This document shows, in pieces, positions 30,474 to 42,209 of a DNA stretch of 64,000 nt. The notes under the pieces were generated by a model. That model saw only the letters and a list, made by a program, of their open reading frames with translations, was not told where the DNA came from and did no database searches. This DNA is from a bacterium. Lineage in GTDB: Bacteria > Acidobacteriota > Blastocatellia > HR10. How positions within the stretch are numbered: the first letter of the stretch is position 1; each line of letters begins with the position of its first letter. Made by a program: the position numbers and the translations under genes. The stretch covers positions 1 through 64,000 of the forward strand of contig JBEPZV010000001.1 in assembly GCA_041640655.1 (NCBI GenBank), read 5' to 3'.

Positions 30474-31733
30474 TCACTCCCCATCGAGAAACGCGGCGGC
30501 CATTTTCACGGATTGTTCGTACACGCGATCATGGCCGAAGAGCTCGAGCGCGCTGCCGACGTCCTGAGCCAAGCTCGTCTGCGGACGGCCGAGCCTCTGG
30601 ACGATCGGATTCATCCCGGCCCGCTCGATTCGGCTCTCGACCGAAGTGGGTTCTCCCGTCTGCGCCACGACGAATCGCGTGGCCGGAGTTCCTTCGGCGT
30701 CCAGCTCCAGGGAGACCAGGTCCCCCCTGGGAACAGATGGCAACCTGAGGGCTCGAAATTCGATCGTGACCGTGCGGGCACCCCACGCGATCGAGAGATC
30801 GCGTGGGGACCCCGTGAGGTGCTCGCCCGGAGACCGCAAGTGCAGTTCGGATCGCGCCTCCTCCGGCCGCACCGCCGAGAACGTCAACCTCGTGAGCGGC
30901 TGCCAGGCCAGGCGACTCGCCAGCCAACCGGCCATGAGTAGCGCTTGGGATGAGGGCGCACAGGCATCGCGCTCTTCAGCGTATCCGATGACGACGCGCT
31001 GGAGGCGAGAAAGGGAAGGTCGGGTCAATGGGCTGTCGAAAAGCCGAGCCACCGCGTGACGCCAGAAGGTCAGGCGGCTCCAGACGACATCACTGAAAGC
31101 GGTGCTCGCCTCCCGACTCAGGATCAAACGGGCGAGCCCGAGAAAATCCACCAGAGGATTCCCCAGTTCGGCCGAGTCAAGGATGACGCGGTCGGCGATG
31201 GCGAGGAAATCCTCCAGCCCTTCAGCCCCAAACGGCAGAGCGCCGCACCACCAGAGGAAAACCGGCACATCCGGAACAAGAATCGGCACGACCAGACGCG
31301 ACAGCCCGCTGATCGGTTCGCCCCGGACATCCAGGCGAATCTGCTCGCAGCAAATCTGCTTCCCCTCCGGCACCGGCTGCACGCAATGCGCAGAGATCCA
31401 GGCGTCCACACGAGATTCCCCACCACTTTCGTCCACCGACATGACGATGGCTCGCAGCGGATGCTCCGGGATGAGCTGAAGGATCACGGCCTCGATCTCT
31501 GACACCCGTTCTGGGGCAGCAACATAGACGACCAGGTTCAACGCGCAGGCTCTCAGGACGGGGAGCGGGGACTCCCCTTCGGCGGGCTGCGCCGCCGTTC
31601 TCCACAATCGTTCGAGTTCCTGCTCAATGGCCTGCACCGGGACGGCTTTCGGTATCCCCCTCAGGACGTTCTCAATGTCGCTCTTTCGGTTCATTGTAGG
31701 CTTGTTCGGAATCGAATGGCCTTGATTGGCCAT
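30474..31733 (-). CDS. opcA: Glucose-6-phosphate dehydrogenase assembly protein OpcA (in-frame REP insert at 30776-30813)
   Basis: HPLRAI, CCEQI, PDVPVFLWW, DRVILDS, W.RL..WR; lies between zwf and pgl. Confidence 0.88.
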   Translation of the reverse strand: MANQGHSIPNKPTMNRKSDIENVLRGIPKAVPVQAIEQELERLWRTAAQPAEGESPLPVLRACALNLVVYVAAPERVSEIEAVILQLIPEHPLRAIVMSVDESGGESRVDAWISAHCVQPVPEGKQICCEQIRLDVRGEPISGLSRLVVPILVPDVPVFLWWCGALPFGAEGLEDFLAIADRVILDSAELGNPLVDFLGLARLILSREASTAFSDVVWSRLTFWRHAVARLFDSPLTRPSLSRLQRVVIGYAEERDACAPSSQALLMAGWLASRLAWQPLTRLTFSAVRPEEARSELHLRSPGEHLTGSPRDLSIAWGARTVTIEFRALRLPSVPRGDLVSLELDAEGTPATRFVVAQTGEPTSVESRIERAGMNPIVQRLGRPQTSLAQDVGSALELFGHDRVYEQSVKMAAAFLDGE

Positions 31734-31748
31734 CGGCTCGATGCCACA

Positions 31749-33281
31749 CTAAAGCCGCTTCCACCGACGACCGTCGCTTTCGATCAAGGCGTCCGCTTCT
31801 TTCGGTCCCCAGCTCCCGGCCGCGTAGTTGGGGAATCCCTCGGGCGGCGTCTCTTCCCACATCTGGAGCAGGGGCGTTACGATCGTCCAGGCCGCTTCCA
31901 CGCCATCGCGCCGCGCAAAAAGCGTGGCATCTCCGAGCAGACAATCGAGCAGGAGGCGCTCATAGGCGTTCATCGGGTCCGCCCCGAACGAGGTCGCGTA
32001 GCGAAAATCCATCAGGACCGACCGGATGCGAATCGCATGACCGGGGAGCTTCGCCTCGACCTTCAACGAAATCCCCTCATCCGGCTGGATGCGTAAGACG
32101 AGGACGTTCGGCTCCACCTGGTCGGCCGGACTCCGACCGAAGAGAAGAAGCGGCGGGTGCTTGAACTGAATGGCAATCTCGGTGATGCGCTTGGGCAGAC
32201 GCTTGCCCGTTCGGAGATAAAAAGGGACGCCCGCCCAGCGCCAGTTCTCGATCGAGAGCTTCAGCGCAGCATACGTCTCTCGGGGTGAATCCGATTTCAC
32301 GCCGGGCTCGGAGCGATAGGCGCGGACTTTCTCGCCGGCCACCCATCCTTCGTCGTACTGTCCTCGAACCGCCTCCTCAAGAGAGATCGGGCGAACGGCC
32401 CGCAGGACCTTCACCTTCTCATCCCGCACGGCATCGGCCTCGAAGGCGACGGGCGGTTCCATGGCCGTCAAGGCCAAAAGCTGGAGCATGTGGTTTTGAA
32501 CCATATCGCGCACCGCTCCCGCTTCCTCGTAATATGCCGCCCGCTCTTCGACGCCGACGGTTTCGGCCATCGTGATCTGGACGTGGTCAACGTAACGCCG
32601 ATTCCACACCGGTTCAAAGATGCTGTTGGCGAACCGAAAGACGAGGATGTTCTGAACCGTCTCCTTCCCCAGGTAGTGATCAATACGATAGACCTGATCC
32701 TCGCGGAAGACACGGCTGACAGTCTGGTTCAAAGCGCGCGCGGAATCGAGGTCTCGGCCAAAGGGCTTTTCGATGACGATTCGCGTCCAGCTCGCCGGGT
32801 TGGAGGGTCGCGCCAATCCCGCCGCATCGAGGCCCCGGATGACGTCACCGTAGAGGCTGGGCGGCAAGGCCAGATAGAAAATCCGGTTGCCGGCAGTGGC
32901 CCGCTCGCGATCAAGTCGGGAGAGCACAGCCCCCAATTGCTGATAACCTTCGGGGCCTCGAAAGTCCGCCGATAAATAAAAAAGGCTTCGAGCGAAATCT
33001 TCCCAGATCGCCGCCTCCGGCGATCCTGTGCCGGAGAAGGCCTCCACACCCGCTCGCATACGCGCGCGAAACTCATCGTCGCTCATCGGACTTCGGGCCA
33101 GACCGACAACGGCGAATCCCATCGGCAGCAGACGTCGGCGGGCCAGCGCGTACAGGGCAGGCACGAGCTTGCGCCGGGCCAAATCCCCAGACGCTCCGAA
33201 GATGACCAGGATGCACGGCTCAGGAGCACGGTCCACGGACAACCCCTCGCGCAAAGGATTGACCAGCGGTGATTCGTTCAT
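31749..33281 (-). CDS. zwf: Glucose-6-phosphate 1-dehydrogenase
   Basis: [27 protein letters not shown]. Confidence 0.97.
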   Translation of the reverse strand: MNESPLVNPLREGLSVDRAPEPCILVIFGASGDLARRKLVPALYALARRRLLPMGFAVVGLARSPMSDDEFRARMRAGVEAFSGTGSPEAAIWEDFARSLFYLSADFRGPEGYQQLGAVLSRLDRERATAGNRIFYLALPPSLYGDVIRGLDAAGLARPSNPASWTRIVIEKPFGRDLDSARALNQTVSRVFREDQVYRIDHYLGKETVQNILVFRFANSIFEPVWNRRYVDHVQITMAETVGVEERAAYYEEAGAVRDMVQNHMLQLLALTAMEPPVAFEADAVRDEKVKVLRAVRPISLEEAVRGQYDEGWVAGEKVRAYRSEPGVKSDSPRETYAALKLSIENWRWAGVPFYLRTGKRLPKRITEIAIQFKHPPLLLFGRSPADQVEPNVLVLRIQPDEGISLKVEAKLPGHAIRIRSVLMDFRYATSFGADPMNAYERLLLDCLLGDATLFARRDGVEAAWTIVTPLLQMWEETPPEGFPNYAAGSWGPKEADALIESDGRRWKRL

Positions 33282-33285
33282 CGCC

Positions 33286-34269
33286 TCATTCCCCCGTAGG
33301 CCGCTCGACGTGGCCCCCGAAGAGATACCGCATGGCCGACAGCAGCTTCTCGGCGAAGGTATGCTCCTGCCGGGACCGGAATCGCGCATAGAGCGCGGCC
33401 GAGAGGACCTCCGCCGGCACGGCCTGCTCAATCGCCGTCATGATCGTCCAGCGCCCTTCCCCCGAATCCTGAACGATGCCCGTGTAGCGCGACAGCTCCG
33501 GGTCTTCCACCAGACCCCGCGCGATCAGGTCCAGCAACCAGGAGCGAATGACACTGCCCCGCCGCCACAGCTCGGCGATGTCCGCGAGATCGAACTCGTA
33601 GCGCGCCTCCTCCGGCAGATCGTGCGACCGCGCCGCGTGCAAAATATCGAAGCCCTCGGCATACGCCTGCATCACTCCGTATTCGATGCCATTATGAATC
33701 ATCTTGACGAAATGCCCGGCTCCCGACGGACCGCAATAGAGGTATCCCTCCTCCGCCGTGCTCGGGCGGGCGTCGCGTCCGGGCGTGCGCGGGATCGAGC
33801 CGCGACCCGGCGCCAGAGCGCGAAAGATCGGCTCCAGGAAGTCGAAGATCTCCTTCTCTCCGCCGACCATCAGGCAGTATCCCTGCTCCAATCCCCAGAG
33901 GCCTCCGCTTGTGCCCACATCGAGATAGTGAAGGCCCTTGCGCTTGAGGATCTGTGCTCGCCGCACATCATCTTTGAAGTAGGAGTTGCCGCCATCAACG
34001 AGGATGTCGCCGGGTTCCAGCCGCTCGGCCAGCGCAGCGATCGTCTGCTCGGTGGGATTCCCGGCGGGAACCATGAGCCACGCCACGCGGGGCGGGCGCA
34101 GGCATTGCACGAATTCCTCCAGCGAAGCCGCCCCCGTTGCCCCTTCGGCCACCAGCGACGCCACCCGATCCGGATTCCGGTCGAAAACGACGCATTCATG
34201 GCCGGCCCGCATCAGCCGCCGTACCATGTTCGCCCCCATCCTTCCTAAACCGATCATGCCGACTTGCAT
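33286..34269 (-). CDS. gnd: 6-phosphogluconate dehydrogenase (short, decarboxylating)
   Basis: [31 protein letters not shown]. Confidence 0.95.
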   Translation of the reverse strand: MQVGMIGLGRMGANMVRRLMRAGHECVVFDRNPDRVASLVAEGATGAASLEEFVQCLRPPRVAWLMVPAGNPTEQTIAALAERLEPGDILVDGGNSYFKDDVRRAQILKRKGLHYLDVGTSGGLWGLEQGYCLMVGGEKEIFDFLEPIFRALAPGRGSIPRTPGRDARPSTAEEGYLYCGPSGAGHFVKMIHNGIEYGVMQAYAEGFDILHAARSHDLPEEARYEFDLADIAELWRRGSVIRSWLLDLIARGLVEDPELSRYTGIVQDSGEGRWTIMTAIEQAVPAEVLSAALYARFRSRQEHTFAEKLLSAMRYLFGGHVERPTGE

Positions 34270-34279
34270 ACTCGCTCCT

Positions 34280-34544
34280 CCCTCCTTCAAGTGGCAGATC
34301 ATAGCCATAAACGTACAGCAGGGTATAGAGCAATGCCGAGCCATGTCCGGCCGACAGACGGGAAGCGGTCGCGGTTGAACCACGACGGGTTTCGCGGATT
34401 GTGCCGCAGGAAGCGATCCCATAAAACATAAGCCATCGGCGCGGCTCCCAAAGGCAGACCCGGATGCCCGGAGTGAGCGTGCTCCACCGCATCCACAGCC
34501 AGGAAACGCAAGGTGTTCACACAGAGTTCATCCACGCTGTTCAT
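34280..34544 (-). pseudogene. tkt: Transketolase N-terminal remnant
   Basis: [25 protein letters not shown], frameshift, LSAGH..LLY; only ~90 codons remain. Confidence 0.88.
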
Positions 34545-34630
34545 GAAGGCCCCCCAAATAATCCCTTGATTAAAAATCCCCGCTGTAACTAGATTCGTTG
34601 CCAATGACACATTCTCGCAGGTTTGTTCTT

Positions 34631-37030
34631 TCATCGCTTTCGAACTCTCACTTCGTAATCTCGGCCTTCCCATCGTTGGCCGTCGGTCCAAAAAAATGTG
34701 AAACGAACGGGCGCACTTTGTCCCCTGGCCACGGGGATGTCCACAAAGTAGATCCCGAGACCGCTGGGGCGAGAATCTGTGTCCTGGAAACTTTGCCATT
34801 CGTCCACAGTCCATCTGAGGCGAAACGGCGCCGGCGCCTGAACGCGCAGCACCTGTCCGGGCGCCGCTTGTCGCACCTGGCGGTTTGGTTTCCACACCTG
34901 AAGGTCTTTCCGTCCCCGCCCGGCACGATAGCGGTCGGCGACAATCGGGATCAGATCGAACACCTGACCATCGGCCGTAGACCGGAGCAGCTTGATGTAT
35001 TCGGCGTGCGCCCACATCAGGGGCATCGCAGAGCCTGCTGGCCGGCCCAGGTACAAGCCCAGCTCAGGTCTGTCCGGTTCGTCCCACACCTGCTCGGGAA
35101 GCATGCCTCCACGAGAAGCGAAACCCTCCATCGCGCGGATGTATCGCCGTACATCGCGGCCCGCCGCCAGCTCGTAATGGCCTCGTTCCCCCGTAAGAAG
35201 CGGCCACGCTCGCCCTCTTCCCCATCCTTCAAACGGGCCGCCGTCCGAACGCGTCCCGTATCCATCGTGGTTATAGCGCCGCCAGCAGGGACCGACGGGC
35301 GTCTCCACCTTGAGCACAGCGTCCACAACTTGAAGCGAATCCTCGATGAGCGGATCTCCCGGCTTGCGTATGCCGTATCGCACCAGCTCCAAAAAACCCG
35401 CATCCACGATGTCCTTGGCCGGAAACTCCCACGGCTCTCCCGGAGGCCGATTGCGAATCTGAAGCACGCCGCGATTCGGGTCTTCCTCCGGGGCAGGGTC
35501 GTTGATGTCGGTGGGAAGGATGCGGATGTAATGCCTTGAGATTCCCGGAACCAAACTTCCTTGTGTCGTCACGGTCCAGCGCTCGATGTGCGATTCCAGG
35601 AAGCCGGCATACTCTTCGAGAAAAACAGCAGACTGTTCCTGACCGCGAGACCGGGCGAAGTCGGCAGCGCAGATCAGCGCGGCAATCGTCGCGGCCAACG
35701 TCGAAGGCGAATAGCCGCTGTTTTCCTCCCACCGTTCCTGCTGCGTCGCCGGACCCTGTCGGATCAAGTACGCGGCGGCCGCCGTGACCATCGGATAAGG
35801 ATCGAAATCGCCCAGCGCATCGGCCCTCCACAGTCGCCAGGCAAGCATCACCGGGAACGCCACCTCGTCAAGCTGAATGCCGCTCCAGTACGGCGTGCCA
35901 TCAAGCCAGAAGTTTTGCGGAAAGCCTCCGTCAGGACGTTGCGAGCAGGCCAGATAGATGAGCGCCCGGCGCGGCGTGACCGTGTTGCCGCTGGCCAGAA
36001 GGCCGGTCGCGCTCTGAACCATGTCGCGCGTCCAGACCAAATGATAGCCGCCGAGATCCTCGTCCCCCTTGACCTCTCCCCAGGGAATGCTCGCGGAGGC
36101 GATCAGCGCCCCCGCGAACGTTTTATCCTCGTGCGCCAGCAACAAACTGTGACTGATGCGGTAGAGTCGCCCACGATCGCCGGAGTAACGGTCCAGATCG
36201 AGAATCTCACAGCAGACGCGGTGCCACTGCTCGATGTACCTCTCTCTGTGTTCAACAAAAGGCACGCTCAGCGATTGAAAGAGGGTGGTCACAGCGGCAT
36301 GCTCCGTGTCGCCGAAGGCTAATCCCACGGTGAACTCCCCACCGTTGGAGAGCGCGAGCTGCCCGATGGCAGCGACGTTGCCGTCGTCCGCCCGGTCGAA
36401 TTCCCAATCCATGCGAAAGTTCTCTTTGAGGTCCTGCCAGCCGTCGCTTGCGCCCACGTATCCGCAGGATGTCCTGCTGAACCCGACCTGGGCGCCCATC
36501 GCCAGAAAGGTCTGTCCCTTCCAGGCCACGAGAATGTCATGGCCGGCGACGCGAACCCTCCGGACCGAGTTGCCCCAACCGCCGACCTCCAGATGAGGGG
36601 CGAGCAGCGCGTACACCTGCAGCCGGTCCCGCCAGTCACCCTCGGCGTCGAGGCGGGCGCGGATCAGAACACACGGTTCGTGAGGGTCCGAGATGACCTC
36701 CTTGATGATTCGATAGCGGCCTTCTTTGTCGGCGCTTTCGATCCGATAGCCCAGCGTGTGGCGCTCGATGTACTCGATCCGGTGGATGAGGTCTCGCTTT
36801 TCCTCGTGAAAGAAGGTCTCCCCATCGGTGATGAGAAATTGAAAGTCCCGGATTTGGGGACGGTCAATCCTCGGATAATAGACTTCGTTGCGGATGCCGT
36901 GCGATATCGTGAACCACACGCGGCTGGACGTGTTGTAGGCGGTTCCCACTCCCTCCTTCGAGCTGGACGTCCATCGGGGCGGAATCCCCGGGGAGCCGAA
37001 GGCACTTCCCCCCTTCACACCATCACTCAT
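34631..37030 (-). CDS. Glucoamylase/glucodextranase (GH15)
   Basis: [32 protein letters not shown]. Confidence 0.93.
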   Translation of the reverse strand: MSDGVKGGSAFGSPGIPPRWTSSSKEGVGTAYNTSSRVWFTISHGIRNEVYYPRIDRPQIRDFQFLITDGETFFHEEKRDLIHRIEYIERHTLGYRIESADKEGRYRIIKEVISDPHEPCVLIRARLDAEGDWRDRLQVYALLAPHLEVGGWGNSVRRVRVAGHDILVAWKGQTFLAMGAQVGFSRTSCGYVGASDGWQDLKENFRMDWEFDRADDGNVAAIGQLALSNGGEFTVGLAFGDTEHAAVTTLFQSLSVPFVEHRERYIEQWHRVCCEILDLDRYSGDRGRLYRISHSLLLAHEDKTFAGALIASASIPWGEVKGDEDLGGYHLVWTRDMVQSATGLLASGNTVTPRRALIYLACSQRPDGGFPQNFWLDGTPYWSGIQLDEVAFPVMLAWRLWRADALGDFDPYPMVTAAAAYLIRQGPATQQERWEENSGYSPSTLAATIAALICAADFARSRGQEQSAVFLEEYAGFLESHIERWTVTTQGSLVPGISRHYIRILPTDINDPAPEEDPNRGVLQIRNRPPGEPWEFPAKDIVDAGFLELVRYGIRKPGDPLIEDSLQVVDAVLKVETPVGPCWRRYNHDGYGTRSDGGPFEGWGRGRAWPLLTGERGHYELAAGRDVRRYIRAMEGFASRGGMLPEQVWDEPDRPELGLYLGRPAGSAMPLMWAHAEYIKLLRSTADGQVFDLIPIVADRYRAGRGRKDLQVWKPNRQVRQAAPGQVLRVQAPAPFRLRWTVDEWQSFQDTDSRPSGLGIYFVDIPVARGQSAPVRFTFFWTDGQRWEGRDYEVRVRKR

Positions 37031-37382
37031 CGTTCACCTCACACCTTCCTCGACATCGGCGGCCATCACTCTCCAGTCGCCCTTCGGCGGGCCGACCCGA
37101 CGACGCGGATAAATCTCCCACAAAAAGCCACCGAACTCCAGCGCTCCGGCAACGACCATGAGGATCTCACTCGGAAAAGGGAGGCCGATCATATCCCGGA
37201 GGACGCCGAGAATAACCGGTCTTGAGCCGTTGCCGCATATCACCACTCACTGTCGGCGATTCAGCCGATGAAATCCGTAAGAGACCTCACACTCACATGC
37301 GATGAGAAGCCGAGGCCATCCCCATCCTCTGCCCTTGAGCCACCAACTCAGGAAAGAAGCCGAACCAAAGGAGCGCCCAGCC

Positions 37383-38132
37383 TCAGTTTGCCTGAGACCG
37401 TCGAACACCGATAGCAATGATGATCTTCCCCGGAGTGTAGGTCGTGCCGTTGACCGAGACCTGACGACCGCCCGCGAGTCGGGCCCAACCGCGAATGAGC
37501 GTGATGTTGGGATAGACATCCATCACGTTGATGTATTTGCCCTGCCGCAGTGCCGCCACCAACTCATCCTTCTGCTCGATGACGCGCCGCCAATCCGACG
37601 GCGGCGGGCAGGCGGTGAGTCCTTCGAATTTCGGATAGGCGGAGCGGTAGCAGAGCTCCGCCGCTTTGATCAATGTCTTCGAGGGCACGCAGCCGATGTT
37701 CACACAAGTGCCGCCGATGGTGCCGCCCTCGACAATGGCCACGTTCGCGCCCAACTCTGCGCCTTTGATCGCGGCCGCAAACGCCGCCGACCCGCCGCCG
37801 ATGATCATGAGATCGTAATCGGCGCCTTCCGGCTTCGGTGCTCGACGCTCCCCTTCCACCGGGGTCCCCATGCGATCTATAGATCGCATGGGGTGCCCGA
37901 GTGGTCGTCGTTCGCGCACCAGCGCGCGATAGCCCGCGTCTCTGACGGCGCTCATCAACGCTTCATCAGCGACCGCCGTTTCAGCGATGACCGTGGCGTG
38001 CCCCGAGCGCCAGCCGGGCACGTGAGCTTCCACACCCCCCATGACGCCCTTCAACGCCTCGGTCACATGCCGGGCGCAACCGTCGCAGGTCATCCCTTCA
38101 ATGCGTAAAGTGAGATGTGTTCTTTCCGTCAT
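37383..38132 (-). pseudogene. merA: Mercuric reductase, truncated (HMA domain plus N-terminal FAD domain only); REP insert at 37861-37898
   Basis: GMTCDGC; GGGSAAFAAA; GGTCVNIGCVPSK; stops just after KIIIAIG. Confidence 0.85.
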
Positions 38133-38145
38133 TTTACCGACCTCC

Positions 38146-39198
38146 TCAGGTCTGATTTTCTTCAGAAACATAGCCTGCACATCCATCACCAGAAGTTCTC
38201 GCATCCGCAAACCATGCGGCGGTTGGCGCAGTGACCGGCTGGACTCGTCGCTTGGCTACGGCTGAGAAAACAATCAAACTCGGAATTTCCAGCACCGGCT
38301 CGATCAACTGGCTGAGAGCCACGACCGGATGCGCGGGAAACAAGACGACCGCCAGCGGCAGCGCCAGCGGCGAGTTCCGCGCCGTGGTCGTACAGGCCAG
38401 GGCGATGAACCTCTCTCGTGGATAATGCAGCCACCGGGACACGAGCCAGGACAAAGAGAAGGAGATCAGATAGAAGCTCAGCATGGGTGGTCCCATCCTC
38501 AGAAAGAGGGTCGGGCGCTTCAGCACGATCTCCCCATGGCTGGTGAACATCGCCATCACAGTCAGCGCCAGCGCCGCAAAACCGAGCCGAGTTAGCCGCC
38601 CGGACACGGCCACCCGCGGACGACGCCAGCGCACGAGTTGCGCGGCCACAAGCGGAATCGCCACATACAGGGCGAAAGCCCGCGCCAACGTGCTCAGGTC
38701 CACCGGCATCAGGGTTTGCGTGAAGACCAACAAGTAGACCGGCAGCAAGACGAGTTGGAGAATCAGATTCCATGGCAACAGCGCCAGATTGCGGTGCACG
38801 TCGCCCCCGGCCAAGTCGGTGAAGATCAGGTACCAATCAGTGCAGGGAGTAATGAGCGCCAGCACCAGTCCCACCCAGAGCGCCGGCTCATCCCGCAGGA
38901 ACACCCAGCCCAAGCAAAAGGCAATGAGCGGCGTACTCACAAAGTTCAATCCCACCGCCGTCAAAAGGTAGCGCCAATCGCGGGCGGCCTCCCGGAGCCG
39001 TCCCAGTGACACGCGGGCGAAGAGCGTAAACAACACAACCATCAAAAAAGGCGTAATGAGTCGTTGAGCTCCATCTTCCGCTCCAGGTAGCCACACGGCC
39101 AAGCCCACGCCAACGGCTGCCGCGCCCAGCAAGACTGCTGGTTCAGCCAGATCTCGCACAAGGTGAGAGAGCATGATCGCCTCATTCCGTTGTTTCAT
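38146..39198 (-). CDS. acr3: ACR3-family arsenite/bile-acid:Na symporter
   Basis: LNFV.TPL, TPCTDW, ARNSPLAL, LEIP. Confidence 0.85.
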   Translation of the reverse strand: MKQRNEAIMLSHLVRDLAEPAVLLGAAAVGVGLAVWLPGAEDGAQRLITPFLMVVLFTLFARVSLGRLREAARDWRYLLTAVGLNFVSTPLIAFCLGWVFLRDEPALWVGLVLALITPCTDWYLIFTDLAGGDVHRNLALLPWNLILQLVLLPVYLLVFTQTLMPVDLSTLARAFALYVAIPLVAAQLVRWRRPRVAVSGRLTRLGFAALALTVMAMFTSHGEIVLKRPTLFLRMGPPMLSFYLISFSLSWLVSRWLHYPRERFIALACTTTARNSPLALPLAVVLFPAHPVVALSQLIEPVLEIPSLIVFSAVAKRRVQPVTAPTAAWFADARTSGDGCAGYVSEENQT

Positions 39199-39240
39199 CG
39201 AATCACCAGTTTCTCCTGATCCTCAACAAGGGCTGAAAGA

Positions 39241-40080
39241 TTACGTCAGAAACATAGCATGCACAATCATCACCGTTCCAACCAGGACGAAGAGAAGCGA
39301 CAGCCCTCGTTTCAGCGCCTCCGATTCGATGTGGCTGGCCAGATAGCTCCCCAATTGCCCGCCGAGGATGGCACCGGGAATGGTCCAGAGAGCAAGGTTC
39401 CAAACGGGCCGACCAACAAGGACGCGCGTGCTGGCCCCCGCCATGACGGTCAGGGCCATGGTGAACACAGCCGTCGCCGCCGCGATGCGAACGGGAATTT
39501 TGCAACGGAGCACCATCGCCGGCGTGTTCAGTTCGCCGCCGCCGATGGCGACCAGCCCCGACCCTAATCCGGCGAGCACGCTGATGCCCAGGAGTTGTCC
39601 TCGCCGACACACCCGGTACGAGAAGACTCGACCCTGACGATCAATGAGCGTGCGCACGCCGGGCGATCCAGGATTCCGTATCACCTCCTGAGTGACGAGG
39701 GCGGTCTCGCTCGGCGAGCGATAGAGCAACCACGCGATGAGCAAGATAGCCCCGCCGAAAATCATCTGGAGTAAAGCCCCCGGTGCCCGCACCGACAGCC
39801 ATGACCCGAGAATCGCTGCTGGCACAGCTCCCAGGGCCAAAAACAATGCCAGTTTGTAGTCTATCAGCTTGCGCCGCCCGTAGCCGATGACGCCGCTCGA
39901 CATGCTGAAGACTTCGGTGACCAACGCCGTTCCAATTGCCGCTTCCGGTGATAATTTCAGCACCAGGATGAAAAACGGCCCGCAGACGACATTGCCCCCG
40001 ACACCGCCCATGATCGTCATCGTGCAGCCGAGCACCACAACCGGGAAGGCAAACCAGTACTCGGTGAGGTACTCAATCAC
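39241..40080 (-). CDS. Sulfite exporter TauE/SafE (TSUP) family
   Basis: GVGG..P, AIGTAL, AIGGG..P, AAATA; multi-TM. Confidence 0.87.
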   Translation of the reverse strand: MIEYLTEYWFAFPVVVLGCTMTIMGGVGGNVVCGPFFILVLKLSPEAAIGTALVTEVFSMSSGVIGYGRRKLIDYKLALFLALGAVPAAILGSWLSVRAPGALLQMIFGGAILLIAWLLYRSPSETALVTQEVIRNPGSPGVRTLIDRQGRVFSYRVCRRGQLLGISVLAGLGSGLVAIGGGELNTPAMVLRCKIPVRIAAATAVFTMALTVMAGASTRVLVGRPVWNLALWTIPGAILGGQLGSYLASHIESEALKRGLSLLFVLVGTVMIVHAMFLT

Positions 40081-40704
40081 AGGTGTTGCCGCTACGAGTC
40101 ATTCTGTTTTGAAGTCCTCCGGCCACCATGGCCGTTGAGTTCTGCGTTCTCGCCAAGCCAAGGCGATCTCAGGAGAATCGCCTCTGAGATAATCAACCAG
40201 GCGAGCTCACTGAGCCGCTAGGAGCACCTCGCCCCGAAGCGCGCGATGAGCCACGGGCCGAGACCACAGACAACCGCCGTGGCGGAAGCACAACCGATGA
40301 TCCTCCAACCGCTCAACTGCACGCCAACCAACGACAGCAAGGGATTCCCGCTCGCCCCTTGGGCGAGCTATTCGGATGACACCTCGGGCAACACCCTCAC
40401 TCGGCCTGCCTCGCCACCCAATGCCCAAACCAGTTACACGCATCGCCGTGCGCACGTCTTGATCCTGACCCTCCCCCTCACGGACGACGAAGAGCATTTC
40501 CCAATTCCATTTGCCCCTCGCCGCCTTGCCCCCCAATCCACCGCTTGAGCGCAGCCGCCACGGGTCATCCGCGTGACCCCCGGGCTGAAACAAATGCGGC
40601 AATGGCTGGAGGACAGTACGGTGTGTGACTTCGCCATCGCCGTCTGCTGCTTTCACGGTACATCCAGCCGTGATTGTTTTCCCCTTTCTCAGCACCAAAG
40701 GCTC

Positions 40705-40736
40705 AGTATAAACTCTGGAGTTGAGTCTTGAGTCAA
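40705..40736 (-). promoter_or_regulatory. MerR/ZntR-type promoter-operator
   Basis: TTGACT-20 bp-TATACT with partial dyad. Confidence 0.7.
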
Positions 40737-40799
40737 GCGCCTTTCCCTTCAACGCCCCGATTTGGGCCTCCCGGGATGGCGGATCACTTTTCCGGCGAT

Positions 40800-40815
40800 T
40801 GTGAAATGGTTTACA
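40800..40815. promoter_or_regulatory. Possible CRP/FNR-type binding site
   Basis: TGTGA-N6-TTACA near a Crp/Fnr gene. Confidence 0.4.
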
Positions 40816-40988
40816 GAGATGATCGAGCGCATAGGTAAAATGGGGGTGGCGACAGAAAAGGGGCGATCATGTTGTTGAGTCTGTTACGAGATCGGGAAAG
40901 CCCCTGTGAAATCGTCTATGAGCGACGCTCCACGCAATACAGGAAGACCCATCGCCCGCCCAGTTGAGGTGGGAGAAAGGAGGACGAA

Positions 40989-41195
40989 ATGACGCTCGAT
41001 AGACCGGATCATGTCATCTTCGGAGCCATCGTCATCGGCATTCTCGCGGTGATCGTGATGGCGGCGATCCGATGGCATCGCGGACGATGCCCAACGGTGA
41101 TCTCGATCCTCCCGGACGAGGAGGCGCGACCCTTCGACCGAGCGCCATCCGGGCCGATCGGGGAAATGGGCCCGTCGCCGAAGAAATCACTCTGA
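40989..41195 (+). CDS. Small single-TM hypothetical protein
   Basis: AGGAGG RBS; one hydrophobic helix. Confidence 0.5.
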   Translation: MTLDRPDHVIFGAIVIGILAVIVMAAIRWHRGRCPTVISILPDEEARPFDRAPSGPIGEMGPSPKKSL

Positions 41196-41302
41196 GAACA
41201 TGGCCGGCTCGACGCCCGTCAGATCAAACACCACCGGCGGCGTCACGAGCGGCCCGCCATCGGCTACGGGTTCACCGTGCCCCCCCGTGGGGGATGCTCT
41301 GT

Positions 41303-42052
41303 TCAGAACCCGGACGTCGGACACCTCAAGGAGGGACCCCCCTGCATGAGCCACGACTCCATCTCCACTTCCCGCTGAACGACACGCCGCAGGTGATCTC
41401 GATCAACGATCAGGGAGCCGTAACGCGACTGCAGGACGCCTTGCCTCTTGAACTCATTCACGATGGCGTTCACGCGCTCGCGGGTGACCCCGAGCATCCG
41501 CGCGAGTTCGTCTTGAGAGAATCTGACGATGCACACGGACGCGCTCGCCTGTTCTCGATCTCCCGCGCAGAGCCGATCGAGGAGCTTCAGGAATCGCTGC
41601 CGCGCCGTCGAGAACGCCAGGTCCTCGATCTCCTCTTGCAGCTCGTGCACCCGTCGCATGAGCACGCGGATGAAGTTGATGGCGACTTGTGGTCGCCGCG
41701 CGCACAGCGAGAGGAAATCCCGCTCCGTGAGCGCGCAGAGCCAGACATCGGTACGCGCTCTCGCTTCGGTCTGTCCCCGGTCCTCTGCCGGCACAAACAG
41801 CTCACCAAAGACATCGCCACTTTTGAGCAGGCCGAGAATGATCTCCTTCCCTTCGCACGTGACCGCCTGAATGGTCACCTCTCCCTCTCCGATGATGTAG
41901 AGAGCGGGATCCGACCGGCCCATAGGGTAAATGAACTGACCTGCGGAGAAATAGCGCATCGGCGCGATCCGCGAGAGCTCTTGCAGCTCTCGCTCGCTCA
42001 AGCCGTCGAGGATGCACACCTGGCGCAAGCACCAGAAACTTTCTCTGGTCAT
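41303..42052 (-). CDS. Crp/Fnr family transcriptional regulator
   Basis: cNMP-binding GDVFGE; HTH SQDELARMLGVTRERVN. Confidence 0.92.
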   Translation of the reverse strand: MTRESFWCLRQVCILDGLSERELQELSRIAPMRYFSAGQFIYPMGRSDPALYIIGEGEVTIQAVTCEGKEIILGLLKSGDVFGELFVPAEDRGQTEARARTDVWLCALTERDFLSLCARRPQVAINFIRVLMRRVHELQEEIEDLAFSTARQRFLKLLDRLCAGDREQASASVCIVRFSQDELARMLGVTRERVNAIVNEFKRQGVLQSRYGSLIVDRDHLRRVVQREVEMESWLMQGGPSLRCPTSGF

Positions 42053-42209
42053 AATCCCCTCCTTTGAGGAGTGGTCCGCGATGGTGTTCAGCGGCAGGGA
42101 CTACAACTACTCCCGCCTCCTCCAGCCGTCTCCCCTCTCACTGGATTTGCCCGCTGCCCCACTGGCCGGCTGCCCTGGCACTGCCCGCAGGCTTTCTGTC
42201 CCTGAGGGG

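Larger units (their letters stand above)
28284..30484 (-). pseudogene. pgl: 6-phosphogluconolactonase interrupted by an IS607 element
   Basis: N-part ALSGGATP...WSRV (30258-30484); C-part VPIP..NVHR...LGLGEDGHTASLFP (28284-28735). Confidence 0.88.

Noticed and set aside
40207..40752. ORFs directly downstream of the MerR-type promoter at 40705
   Set aside because: No recognisable family and no good start codon after the RBS-like sequence; probably a decayed remnant.
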